Assembly: GCA_965287045.1 (NCBI GenBank)
Contig: OZ336876.1
Span: forward strand, 38,812,001 to 38,876,000
From: Carcharhinus amblyrhynchos
Lineage: Eukaryota
Length of the DNA stretch: 64,000 nt
Reading direction: 5' to 3'
Made by a program: the position numbers and the translations under genes. Every line of letters starts with the position of its first letter. Positions within the stretch are counted from its first letter, which is position 1. This document shows, piece after piece, positions 36,331-49,504 of this stretch. The notes under the pieces were generated by a model, which saw nothing but the letters and a program-made list of their open reading frames with translations, had not been told where the DNA came from and searched no databases.

Positions 36331-39300
36331 GTAGCTCTGATATTTAAGGATGACATCAGGGCAGTAGTGAGAACTGATATAGGTTCCACGGAAAACAAGG
36401 CTGAATCCATTTGGGTGGAAATTAGAAATAGTAAGGAGTAAATAGTAAATAGGTGTCGTCTGTAGGCCACCAAAACGATAGCATCATGGGGTGTGAAATA
36501 AATAAAAAATATCTGATGCATATAAAACTGGCACAGCAATTATCATGGGGGATTTTAATCTACTTGTCGATTGGTCAAGCCAGGTCAGTCAAGGCAGTCT
36601 TGAGGAGGAGTTCATAGAATGTATCCGAGATAGCTTCTTGGAACAGTGTGTCATGGAACCTACAAGGGAGCAAGCTATTCTAGATGTGGTCCTGTGTAAT
36701 GAGACAGGAATAATTAATGATCTCACAGTTAGGGATCCTCTCAGAGGGAATGATCACAGTATGGTTGAATTTAAAATACAGATGGAGCGTGAGAAGGTAA
36801 AATTCAATGCCTGTGTCTTCACATTTTCACAGTGCTCAGCAGAAGTATATACCAGTGATAAGGAAGGACTGTAGGAAAAGAGATAACCAGCCATGGATAT
36901 GTAAGGAAATAAAGGAGGATATCAAATTGAATGAAAATGTATATAAAGTGGCAAAAGATTAATGGGTAACTAGAGGATTGGGAAATCTTTGAAGGTCAAC
37001 AGAATGCCATGAAAAAAGCTATAAAAAGTAAGAGATTATGAGAGTAAACTAGCTCAGAATATAAAAACAGTTGCAAAAGTTTCTACAAATATATAAAACA
37101 AAAAAAGAGTGGCTATCATAAACATTGGTCCTTTTTAGAGGACGAGAAGTGGGATTTAATAATGGGAAATGAGGAATTGGCTGAGGCATTGAACAGGTAT
37201 TTTGTGTTGGTCTTCACAGTGGAAAACATAAATAATATGCTAAAAATTGATGACAAAAAGGCTATGGCAGGTGAGGACCTAGAAACCATCGTTATCAATA
37301 AAAGGGTGGTGTTGGGCAAGCTAATTGGGCTAAATGTAGACAAGTCTCCTGGCCTGATATCTTGCATCAAAGGGTACTAAAAGAGATGGCGGGGGAAACA
37401 ACAAACGCACCAGTGGTAATTTACCAAAATTCACTGGACTCTGGGGTGGTTTCTGCAGATTGGAAAACAGCAAATGTGATGCCACTATTTAAAAAAAGCA
37501 GGTGGACAAAAAGCAGGTAACTATAGGCTAGAGAGCTTAACTTCAAAAGTAGGGAAAATGCTTGAATCTATCATCAAGGAAGAAATAGCGAGACATCTGG
37601 ATAGAAATTGTCCAATTGGGAAAACACAACATGGGTTCATGAAGGACAGGTCATGTTTAACTAATTTGGTGGAATTCTTTGAGAACATTACATGCGTCGT
37701 GGATAATAGGAAACCTGTGTATGTGGTGTATCTGGATTTCCAGAAGGCATTTGACAAGATGCAGCACCAAAAACTGCTGCATAAGATAAAGGTGCATGGT
37801 GTTACGGGCAATGTATTAACATGGATAGAGGATTGGTTAACTAACAGAAAGCAGAGAGAGGGGATAAATGGGTGTTTTTCTGGTTGGCAACCAGTGGCTA
37901 GTGGTGTGCCTCAGGGATCAATGCTGGGACCACAGTTGTTTGCGATAGATGACTTGAGTTGGGGACCAATTGTAGTGTGTCAAAATTCATAGATGACGCA
38001 AAGGTGCGTGGCAGAGCAAAGTATGCAGAGGACGTTGAAGGTTTGCAAAGGATATAGGTAGCCTAAGTGAGTGGGCAAGGATCTGGCAGATGGAGTACAA
38101 TGTTGGTAAATGTGAGGTCATCTATTTTGGTGGGAATAACAGCAAAATGGACTATTATTTAAATAGTAAAAATTTACAGCATGCTGCTGTGCAAAGGGAC
38201 CTGGGTGTCCTTGTGCAGGAATCACAAAAAGTTGGTTTGCAGGTGCAGCAGATAATTAAGAAGGCAAATAGAATTTTATCTTTCATTGCTAGAGGGATGG
38301 AGTTTAAAAACAGCGAGGTTATGTTGCAGTTGTATAAGGTTCTGGTAAGGCCACTCCTGGAGTACTGTGTACAGTTTTGGCCTCCTTACTTGAGGAAGGA
38401 TATACCAGCACTGGAAGCGGTACAAAGGAAATTCACTAGATTGATTCTGGAGTTGAGAGGGTTGGCTTATGGGGAGAGACTGAGTTGACTGGGGCTACAC
38501 TCATTGGAATTCAGAAGAATGAGGGGGGACCTTATAGAAACATATAAAATAGGAGCAGGGAAGTTGTTTCCACTGCCAGGTGAAACTAGAACTAGGGGAC
38601 ATGACCTCAAAATAAAGGGGAGCAGATTTCGGACTGAGTTGAGGAGAAACTTTTTCAACCAAATGGTTGTGAATCTGTGGAATTCCCTCCTCAGTGAAGC
38701 AGTTGAAGCTACCTCTTTGAATGTTTTTAAGGCAAAGATGGATATATTTTTGAACAGTAAAGGAATTAAGGATTATGGTGAGCAGGTGGGTAAGTGGAGC
38801 TGAGTCCACAAAAAGATCAGCCATGATCTTATTGAATGTCGAAGCAGGTTCCTAGTTCTTATGTTCTTATTAAATAAAGGATAAGGGCAAAAGACAAAGT
38901 GCTGTTGCAGATATAGAGAGAAAAGAATGAAGTAATTTCATAAAATGTAAATCAAACACTGAAGAGGAAGGCATGAGAAGAAGAAAAAGCTGAGCTGAAA
39001 GAATGGAACTATCAGCTTAGACGTGCTGGTTAGGTGTATTGGCTGTGCTAAATTCCCCCTCAGTTATTCGAACAGTGTCAGAAGGTGGCGACTAGGGGAT
39101 TTTCACAGTAACCTCATTGCAGTGTTAATGTAAGCCTATTTGTGACACTAATAAATAAACTTAAAACTAACAAAAAATTTTCAAAATATAACGGCAAACA
39201 AGTATTTGGCTGACAATGTAAAACAAGTGAAATATTTTCACTGCACACTAATACATGTGACAATAATAAATCAAATCAAGTGGAAATGAAGATCCCATTG

Positions 39301-39379
39301 GTGTCACATCAATGTCCAGCAAGATCACGTGGACACCACAGAAGAAGAAAATTATTTTTCGCTCGAGGAATGAATGATA

Positions 39380-39762
39380 GTATTGTGCTTCACTATTAAT
39401 CCAAAAACTTAGCCAATATTCTGGGGACCTGGGTTCGAATCCTGCCATGACAAGTGGTGGAATTTGTATTCAATAAAAAATATCTGGAATGAAAACTTTA
39501 CTGATGACCATGAAACCATTGTCGATTGTTGGAAAAACCCATCTGGTTCACTGATATCCTCTAGGGAAGGAAATCTGCCATCCTTACCTGGTCTGGCTTA
39601 CATGTGGTTGACTCTCAACTGCCCTCTGAAATGGCCAAGCCACTCAGTTGTATCAGCGTTTCAAGAAGGTAGCTCACCACCACCTTCTCAAAGGCAACTA
39701 GGGATGGGCAAAAAATGCTGGCCAGCCAGCGACGCCCATGACCATGAATGATTGAAAAAAAC
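39380..39762 (+). mobile_element. tRNA-derived SINE sharing its 3' tail with a CR1/L2-group LINE
   Basis: gggttcgaatcc box B; tail aaggcaactagggatgggcaaaaaatgctggccagcc matches the LINE 3' end at 10700-10800. Confidence 0.82.
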
Positions 39763-40011
39763 AAATCCATAGTGTTCAAAAAAAACAGAGAGAAACACAA
39801 TTCATAGGAGCAAAGAGTGAATCAAATGGACATAGATAGAAAAGTACTAGAGGCACAGAGAACTGCTACCATTCCTCCAAATGTGATAGACTGAGATATA
39901 GAAGGACTGTCAAGCCTCAAGACCATTTGATTTCATAAAATCAGACACTTGAGATGGGAGATCCAGGATAGCAAGTAAAAATTGTATACTCTATAAAAGA
40001 AAGTTTCCTTT

Positions 40012-40352
40012 AGAGGGTGGCATAGTGGTACCTCACAGCACCAGGGACCTGGGTTTGATTCTGGCCTTGGGCAACTGTCTGGGTGGAGTTTGCATGTTCT
40101 CCTCATGTCTGTGTTTCCTCTGGATGCCCTGGTTTCCTTCCGCAGTCCAAAGATTTGCAGGTTAGATGAATTAACCATGCTAAATCTCCCCTTAGTGTCC
40201 AAAGATCTGTAGCTTAGGGGGAATTAGCCATGATAAATGCATGGGGTTACAGGAATAGGGTGAAGGGGACGGCCTGGGTGGGAATCTCTTTTGGAGAGTT
40301 GGTGTCTATTATACGGGCTCTCCCTGCACTGTAGGGATTCTATGGCTCTATG
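40012..40352 (+). mobile_element. HE1-type SINE
   Basis: gggtggcatagtgg...gggtttgattc, V-domain-like core, tail gcactgtagggattctatgg. Confidence 0.85.
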
Positions 40353-41677
40353 GTAAGAAAGGGGGATGTTGTGAAATTGCCTGCATGCCATTGTAATATA
40401 AAAGTGCTCAGCGGAGCAAGGGTTAACATGAGACTGGGGAAATCATACTGCCTACTATATAATGTATAGAGTCACATGATAAGAAACTGGAGGAACAGTC
40501 TTGACAGAACCTCCAAGTATGCTGCCTACCTGCGTAGAAGTAGCATCGTGCATGACTATACCTTGGATCTCTGAATAGTCCGATACTACCAGTAAATGTT
40601 TCATGCTTAAATATACAAGTATCAACATCTCTTCATTGATACATCCAAACAACCCATAATACAACATACAGTGGCAATGGATAGTACCCATATTATAACA
40701 AATATTATCCATTCACTTTTATCTGGGATGTGCTATCAACAGCGGCTGTTGGGAATAAAAGTTCAGTTGTTGAAAAAACATGAGAAGATTTATAACCCAT
40801 TCAGGCAACAGGAACATTTAATATGGATCATTGAGCTTGTTCTTTCCACATTGCCACACTATTTCATTTGCTGCCATGTGAAACCTTCAAAGAAACTGGA
40901 GCTGTGATGTCTGAATCAGCAATGATCTGCTTTACTATGGTTCATAGCTCAGATTTGTCCTGGGAGTCAGCGATTGTTTGGTCGCAGGTTTGTAAAGTGG
41001 GAGCTGTTTAAGATCTGTTGAAGTTTATTTTGATTGACAATGTTGGAACCTGGATCTACCTGCACTGAGTCTAAGGATAGCATGGTGTTGTTGGACCTGC
41101 AATCTCGCAGCTTATTGCTCTCATTTTATTTTGGATTTAACTCTGGCATTTTGGGAAAATAATTTTGCTACTTAATTTTTATTTCACAATTGTTACTTGC
41201 AAGTACTTACAATTTTAAGAGGGGAACAAAGCAGCATGTTATACTTCTGTTTAAACTCTTGACAAGCCAGCTTAAATAAGGATAATTATACCTTGGAAGA
41301 TGCTATGAGTGAGAGTATACAAATGCTCAGTACGTTCATTTTAAATTCCTCCCTCTGCTGTTGTAAAACAGGTGTTAGCCCATTTAAAACAAACAAACTA
41401 ACAAGCCAGTTAAAATAGTGAAAAGAGCACACTTGTTACAAGATTGTAAATAGTTCTTATATTCTTATGTGACATTACTCAGGATCATCTTATATTTATG
41501 GGTTCCGGAAAATCTAAAGCAAAACTTTGACGTTTTGCTCACTTATTTATCACCCATTTCAGTACATATTGAATCAATGGGAGTGTGATAAATGGTCATA
41601 TTTTGAGATTACCATGCTTCAAGATTTCAACGTGGCAGCTGGAGAATTTGAATAAAGTCCCGACAGTGCAGAAGTAG

Positions 41678-41887
41678 TGATGATGTGGAGATGCCAGCAT
41701 TGGACTGGGGTAAGCACAGTAAGAAGTCTCGCAACACCAGTTTAAAGTCCAACAGGTTTATTTGGCAACACGAGCTTTCAGAGTGCTGCCACTACATCAC
41801 TCACCCAATGAAGGAGCAAAGCTCCAAAAGCTCGTGCTACCAAATAAACCTGTTAGACTTTAACCTGATGTTGTGAGACTTCTTTCT
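41678..41887. mobile_element. Fold-back non-autonomous Penelope-derived element with 12-bp TSD, nested in SINEs
   Basis: TSD gtgcagaagtag at 41666-41677 and 41888-41899; inverted arms around ~41795; same family as 51611. Confidence 0.85.
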
Positions 41888-42689
41888 GTGCAGAAGTAGG
41901 CCATTCAGCCCATCAAGTATGCATCAACCACAATCCCACCCAGCCCCTATCCCCATAGCCCCACATATTTACACTGCTAGTCCCCTGACACTAAGTGGCA
42001 ATTTAGCACGGCCAATCAACCCAATCCGCACACCTTTGGACTGAAGAACCAAGTAACTGAAGAACCAAATAATAAATCTGGAATAAAGAACTGGCATCAG
42101 TAAAATAAACCCATGAAGGTGTCATTTTATCATAAAGTCCAACTGGAACAAATCATCTTTAGGGAAGGAAACCTGCCATGCTTTTACAGAGTTGGCTGGA
42201 TTATATGTGAGAGCGGGTTCCCAGTACCTAAATGTAAATGTTGGGAGCCAGCCCGCCTCCGCTTGGCTTGAGGGATCTACTTTGATTTTTCGTGCGACAG
42301 CCCCAAGCAGAGCTTGCGTTTGTCTCCAGGAAGAAGATCCATTTCTCCAGGAGCAGGACTCGTCTCAAAGAGCTGCCAGCTGATCAGGTGGATAGCAGCT
42401 CTTTGCCAAGCCAGGGTTGATGGCCAATATTCTCAGGACAGCTGGGACAGAAAGCAAGTGTGAAAGCCTGAAACTGGGATCTATCTGGGGTTGGTTGGCA
42501 GGCCCCAGCGAGGGAGGGCTGTTTGAACAGGATGGACATGGTGGACGGACATGAGACTCATGTGTGGAGAGGGTTTTAATTGGCCTAGAGATCCAGAAAG
42601 GAGACAACCTTCCTCTTCACTAACCAGCAACTCGTAGGTTTAAACCTACTGGGCTTCATTCTGGCCAATCAAGTGGGCTGCTTTGACCT

Positions 42690-43260
42690 GGATGCAAAGT
42701 GTCAAGATTCTTAGCTGCACTCATCCAAGAAAGTGGAGAGTGTTCCAATGCACTCCTGATTGTGACTTGTTAATGATGGACAGGTTCTGGGGAGTCAGGA
42801 GGGGAGTTACTCAACCCAGAACGTCTAGCCTCTGATCTGCTCTTGTAATCATAGTATTTATGTGACCCAGTTCTGTTGAGTATCAGGTCAATGGTAACCC
42901 CTAATGATGGTGATAGTGGGGGATTCAGTGCTGGTGATGCCATTGAATGTCAAAGGGCAATGGTTAGATGGTCTCTTATTGGAGATCCTCATTACTGGCA
43001 CTTATGCAGCATGGATGTTACTTGCTTCATTGACCTCATCCTTAACAACCAACCCGTCAGAAACACATCTGTGTATGATGGTATTAATAGGAGCGCCCAA
43101 CATACAATCCTGTGATGCGTTGTGGGACACTAGCACAACACAAAATGGGATTGATTAAGAACAGAGCTAGGTGCTCAAAGCTAGACACTCGTGCAATGTT
43201 GTGTGCCATCAGCAGCAGCAAAGTTGTATTCCAATTGTAATCTATAATTTCTTTGCCGAG
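42690..43260. mobile_element. Old CR1/L2-group LINE fragments (minus, then plus)
   Basis: 42690-43020 matches 11760-12200 plus 14060 onward; 43020 onward resembles EN LDLILTN. Confidence 0.6.
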
Positions 43261-43819
43261 TAAATCTGCCACTTCTGCTTTTTCATTAAGCAAGACCAAT
43301 CCGACCCAGTCAATTAGCACCCAATCAGTCTACTCTCAATCACCAGGAAAATGATAGAGTTGTCAACAGTGACAAACAGGCTTACTATTAAGGATGAAAA
43401 AAGAGCTGATAATGGGATTAGTAAAGAAAAAGGAGGTCATCGAGTTGTAAGTGACAACAACAGAATCATTAACTGCACTCTGCCATCCAGAAATATTGGA
43501 CAGTGCTAAGGATATAAAGTGTCTTTTAGGGAAATAAATTTTTCTGGATATTTAGTTTGTCATTTAATCACTTTTGTCTTCCATTCAGTCATAGAGCTTT
43601 TCTTTTTCACTTTTGAACCATCCCTCCCCCATTCCCCACCTTTACGTTTTTAAAAACTTGTTACATCTTTAACCTTTGTCAGTTGTGATGAAAGATCATC
43701 AACCTGAAATGTTACTTCCTGTCAATGCTGGCAGGACTGTAAACTATTTTCCCTTTTTTTTAAAATTTCAGATTTCCCAGAATCTGGAGTATTTTGCTTT
43801 TGTTGGCATGCAGGCAGAT

Positions 43820-44815
43820 ATTTGTTTAAGGCCAATCATCTTGGACACTGGAAATCATTGCAGGGATCCTTTTACACCCTATCCTTTTGTTATTTTCTGT
43901 TGTCACAAAAGCAGAAGTTGGCTCTTTGCTGATGATTGCATAATGTTCAGCTTCATTGGCAATTCACAGCTAAATAAGATGTTTGCATTTGCAAGTAACA
44001 AAACCCAGACAACATCCAGGCTTAAATTGATCAGTGGCATTTTCACCACAGGCAAGTCAGGCAATGATTACTTTGAATGAAGAAGAGCACAATCACCTCA
44101 GTTTGCCACTCAATGGCAATATCATCACCAAATCCTTGATAATTAACACTCTGGACAGGTCATCGTAGACCAAATTCTCAATATGAATATGGTGGTTACT
44201 GGAGCAGGTCAGCGTCTGGGTGTTTGGTGGCCAGTCGTTCATCTCCTGACTCTCTGAAGCTTCTCCAGCACCTAGAGTGTACAAATCAGGAGCGTGGAGA
44301 AATACTCTCTCATTGCCTCGATGGGTACGACTTCAGCAACATCCAAATAGCTTGACATTATCTAGGACAAAACAGTATGCTTGGCTTCCGCCCCACCAAT
44401 GTTTCAAATATCCACTCCATCCATCGCTGTGGCTGCAGTGTTTACTTCAACAGGCTGCACTCAAGCAGATTGCAACTCTTTCAGCAACACATGAGTTTCA
44501 TTACCTCAAGGAACAAACGCAGTACGGGCACGAGTACGCAACTCCCTCCTAATCCACCCCTGCCACACTCATTGGTCCCTCTCTTCCATGTCCTCTAAAT
44601 TATGCACCTAAATTATGGACATATACTTCTGTCCCTTCATTGTAGCTGAGTCAAATTTTTGGAACTCCTAATACAACACCGGGAAAACATCTTCATCATA
44701 TGAACCACAGTGGTTTGAAAAGATGACTTACAACCATCTTCTCAAGGGCAACCTGGAACGGGGCAATAACTGTTGTCTTTGCCAATGGCAACCATAACGC
44801 TAAAAAGAAAAAAAT
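43820..44815 (+). mobile_element. Old CR1/L2-group LINE 3' fragment
   Basis: LFADDCIMF RT motif; YKSGA..EYS; tail ctcaagggcaac...aaaaagaaaaaaa. Confidence 0.75.
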
Positions 44816-47800
44816 CTTTAGAAAATGTAGTTGCAAGAGTCACTAAGATATAAATTGAGGTTGTAACTGCAAAGCAAAATAATGCAAAGTCTCCTATTTC
44901 ATAGTTCTTCTTTCCATTCATTTCAAAGGGAAAAAAATACAGTTAATTTACTAAAAGTGAATGCATGGATGGAACAAATTAATTTAGAAATCAAATTGCT
45001 AAAGCCATTGATATTATTAAAGATATGACTTTGAATAATTGAGAAAAAGCACACTAACCCTTAAGGCATATCATATCACTTAAGCATCCGCAGTTTCAAT
45101 AAAAAAATGTCTATATATATGTGCAGATTTACATTGGATATCTGCACAGTAATATATAAATCCACATGGTAAAAAATGAGAACTCTTATCAATAAGTGGC
45201 AGCTGTAAATAATATGCTTCCTTTTTTAATTGACTCCATGGCTAGCCTTTCACTAACAGGCATTCAAGGAAAAAAACTGCTGTCACATAACCCATGCTTA
45301 AAATTGTTATAGAATTTTAAAATGGATTGTATAATACTAAAACTCTGTTGCAGTTTTACAGATTTTATTATAATTAGACAGACCATCAATGGCAGAATCA
45401 GGACTTCTAAAAATGCTTGTTTTTATGAGTTTGCTCAGAATCTATGATCCTTTCTGTATATTACGTCTGAGATAAAAGTATTCATAAAACCAAAAATGTA
45501 CATCTGCTAAAATGAGTAGACAGATTAAAAGTGACAGTGACCTGTAAAGATTTGGACTGCTCATTATTTACAGTAAAATTGTAAGAATATCTCAGTTGGG
45601 GGTGGGGGGGGGAATGGGATAAATTTTCAATGGGAGGCAACATTATGTTGGTAGTTGACGGGCCATGCAGTCCACGTATGTGATGGCTCCAATGAGGAAC
45701 GATTGGGGCTGCACTAAATATTTTGGGTAAGATATGAGCGCTCACTGAGAATAGATGTTCAAAATTGGGTAGCCAGATTGGGGATGGGGGTTGGGGTAGA
45801 GGTGGGCTACCAGGAGTTAGACCAAGAAGAATCAGGGACACTATAACAGCTCCTCTGTGCAGCAAAATTAGAAGTCAGGCTGAAGAAGTGTGCGAGACAG
45901 TCTAGGAGAGGAGATGAGTGGGTTTGTGGTCACTGAGTGATTGGGAGTGGTAATTTAAGTGTTTTGTGGAGCCTTTGATCATTCTGTCAACAAATCCAAG
46001 CTCTCTTTGGTTTTGTTATAGCCTAACAGTACAGATCATAACTTTAGACATTAATACCCTTCGAATGATGTGAGGGGTAACCCAGGGGTGTGGGGGGTGT
46101 GCTGTTCTGATCCTAATTTATAATAGATATTGACATTTTCCAAAGTGAAGCTGCCCTTGTGAAGGGGGCCAAAGGATTTTCAACACTGTCAACTTTGTTG
46201 AGGAGTGATCCAGCACGAGAGCAGGGTCTCCAGAGTTTCTTCAACTTGGCAGGAATTTCCAAAACAAATGTTTGGAAACTACTGTTCTCAATTGTTCTTT
46301 CTCCAGTGAATACATCTTGTTGCTCTCACCAAAGTTGCTGCAAAGCATTTTATGTCCTTTCAAAGACAAATGTGCACATAAACAGGTTGGTTCCCTGATT
46401 AGGTTCTCCCAGAGAACTTGGAGCAGGAAATCACAGGCCTATAGTTTGTGATTTTCTGTCTATTAAGACAGCAAAGAGAACATTTCTTTTTGTTGTTAGA
46501 CCTTAGAATGCTTTGCCACAGGGAGTAGTTGAGGCATTGACCATTGCATCTTTTAAGAGAAGAACAGATAATTATTTGAAGCTGAGGAAGATACAAGACT
46601 ATGGGGAGAAAGCAGGATAATGTACTTAGTTTTGGATTGCTTTAATAAAGAGCTAGAGCAGACATAAAAAGCTGAAAGGCCTCTTTTGTGCTGTAAAATT
46701 CTATGGTTCCATCACTGTGATGAGCTAACTATTCTTTGAGGAACATAATAGAGCTGTGTATTTTGTAAATGTTATTCCAGGAGACACATTGTCCAAATCT
46801 GACATACCAACTTGGGATACATTTGATTTGGAGCTTACTTCCTAATTTATAAACTAAAAGCTCTTGATTTGTCTAGAAACAAGCATTTGGAGAAGACAGG
46901 ACCCAGTATCAATCCTGGCTCCTTTGTTCTTCATCAGTCTCCTTTTCTGTGCCTCTAATATGACCTATGCCATGGTTCCCATTAAGCTGCACTCCATCTA
47001 ATTATCACCATCGTTAGCTCTCAGTCCCATTTGCTCTCCCTGGCTCTCTTGTCCCTCTGTGCATTGTAATGTCCTAGTCCTTTCACTTGCCACCATGTCC
47101 TGCTCCAGATCCTAATTGTTTTCCTTGATATCTTGTGCATTTTGCCTCTTGCCATGTATTAATCAAGCTCGGGTCTTTTGCCTATAACGCAGTTAGTCTC
47201 TTTAGCAGTCTCACTCCATTGGGATTAGATTTTACTCTGTTACCACCAGAAATATATTATTCTTTATAACCACTCTATGCCAATCTTAAGTTTGTTAAAT
47301 ATTTACAAAGCTTTTGAAAGGATTAAAAATCACAAGTTTAAAAATCACATAAGCTGCAAGCTGAACCTCAGTCACGCAGGAAAAACTATGTGCAAATTTT
47401 GATTAAAGTAAATCCAGATAACGCTCAAGGATTACCTCATCGAATGATGTGCAGCTGCGGCTCCTGCCTGCCCATCAGAACAAGAAACAATGGAAAGGGA
47501 GGTTGAGATACCATTGGTCAGAGATATTGTTATCATTTCTTGATATAGTATGCACAGGTTTTAATTGGACATCATACCCTTATGTATGCATGATGTAATT
47601 ATAACTGTGATTGGACAATGATAACTCCTGTTATTGGTATGTGCTAATTACTTTTAATCAAAGCTAAGTCTTTAATTACCTTTGTATTTCTGAATTTTTC
47701 ATTCTGAATGCCCTGAATGAACATTCAAGGTCCTGCAGCTGGATATAGTAAAGTTCATCTTGAATTCCGTTACTTTATTTGGCTACTTTAGGAAAGTTAT

Positions 47801-47912
47801 AGTTTTTAAATGCAACAAGAAAACCATTGTAATGGCTTTATTTGTAAATTTTAATATATCTGAAGACTGGACTGGTTGTAGGAGAGAAAATTATGTGTAG
47901 ACGTAATTTAAA

Positions 47913-48205
47913 ATCATAGAACCCCTGCAGTACAGAAGGAGACATTTGGCCCATCGAGCCTGTACCAACCACAATCCCACCCAGGCCTTATTCCCACAAC
48001 CCCACATATTTATCCTGCCAATCCCTCTAACACTAGGGTCAATTTATCATGGCCAATCAATCTAATCTGCACATCTTTGGACTGTGGGAGGAAACTGGAG
48101 CATCCGGAGGAAACCCACACAGACTCGGGCAGAAAGTGCAAACTCCACACAGTCAGTGACCCAAGGCTGGAATTGAACCTGCGTTCCACGTGCTGTGAGG
48201 CTGAG
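47913..48205 (-). mobile_element. HE1-type SINE
   Basis: Matches 25213-25532. Confidence 0.85.
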
Positions 48206-48366
48206 AGTTCCAAAGTCTGAGAGAAAAGAAATTTCTCCCATCTCTGAACAATCAGGGCAACCCCTAATTTTAGTTCTAGACTCACCTACAAGAGGAAATA
48301 TCTTTTCAAAGTCCACCTTGTCAAGACCATTCAGGATCTTATATCCTGTCAGACATAGAGGTTTCA

Positions 48367-48627
48367 GAGGGTTGGCACAGTGGTTAGCACTGCTGCCTCA
48401 CAGCACCAGGGACCTGGGTTCAATTCCTGGCTTGGATCACTATTTGTGTGGAATTTGCATGTTCTCCCTGTGTCTGCGTGGGTTTTCTCCCACAGTCTTA
48501 ATGATGTGTTGGTTAGGTGCATTGACCCAAACAGGCACTAGACTTTGGCGACTAGGAGAATTTCACAGCAACTTCGTTGCGATGTTAATGTAAGTCTTAC
48601 TTGGTGCCTAATAAATAAACTTTACTT
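48367..48627 (+). mobile_element. HE1-type SINE, tail variant 2
   Basis: ggcacagtggttagcactgctgcctcacagc, gggttcaattcc, tail cctaataaataaacttt. Confidence 0.87.
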
Positions 48628-49504
48628 TAGGTAGGAAACAAGGGAAATGAGGAGAAAGAGAATTAAACCACGTTGAAATTTAATGCTTGACTGTGTTGCA
48701 GAGCTGTAAGAAACTTATTGAGATACATGAAATACGACCCGCACATTCCTATGCTTGCGCCATTAATACTCTGGTAGAGGAACGGACCTCATTATACCCA
48801 CCCCGCTGTGATCCCTGAGATAGACTTTGTATCCGGATGTATTCTGGGTGAAAGTGACATTGGCGATACTAGCACTGTGAATGATCTGAACGAGTCATAA
48901 TGGCTTTTAGAAAACCAAGCATTCACATGGATGGTTTGGTGCTGGTGGCCACACTAACTTGGCCTTCAGAATAATAACTGTTCCTGTTCATAAACCAGTA
49001 AAGCCACACGGGCACCTTGAATACTCCTTTGAGAAATCCTGCTATTCTGAATGATCCCATTGTCTCTCATACCAGGATCTCTCATCAACAGGGAATCAAT
49101 GGGGAAAGGCATTGATTCATGGCATAAGTGAGAAAAACAACAATCATGTTAATGGACAACTAACTGAGATGAGATGCTGGGGAATAGCCTGAAGTTGCTG
49201 GATAGAATTCTGTGTAATTTTGATGCTAGTAGCAGTTCTGTGGGTGTCGTAGAGATGATGTACAGATAACATAACATAAAACCATTTTATGCAACAGATG
49301 TTTGGAATTTAGAATGCACTGCCTGATGGAATGCCGGAATGCATTCAAGAGGGAATTGAAAAGGGGAAAATTGCAGGGATTTGGGGAAAGAGGAAGGGAA
49401 TTGACTTTATACTCTTTGGAAGAACAAGCACAGACTTGATGGGTAAATGCATTCCCTCTGCTTTTCAAAATATTGGTGGCTAATAAAACAGCTGATAGAA
49501 CTGC

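Larger units (their letters stand above)
35176..38869 (+). mobile_element. Near full-length decayed CR1 LINE (ORF1 esterase, ORF2 APE endonuclease and RT)
   Basis: ORF1 VIRGID...VAHFGTNNL; EN YLNVHSIQNK..LVAITETWL, MGDFN, NDHSMV; [16 protein letters not shown]; tail ttcttatgttcttat; many frameshifts. Confidence 0.95.

Noticed and set aside
45120-45148. Hairpin tgtgcagat...atctgcaca
   Set aside because: A 9-bp stem is compatible with chance and has no supporting context
48367-48440. tRNA-like A and B boxes as tRNA genes
   Set aside because: They are SINE heads followed by SINE core and tail; no complete cloverleaf
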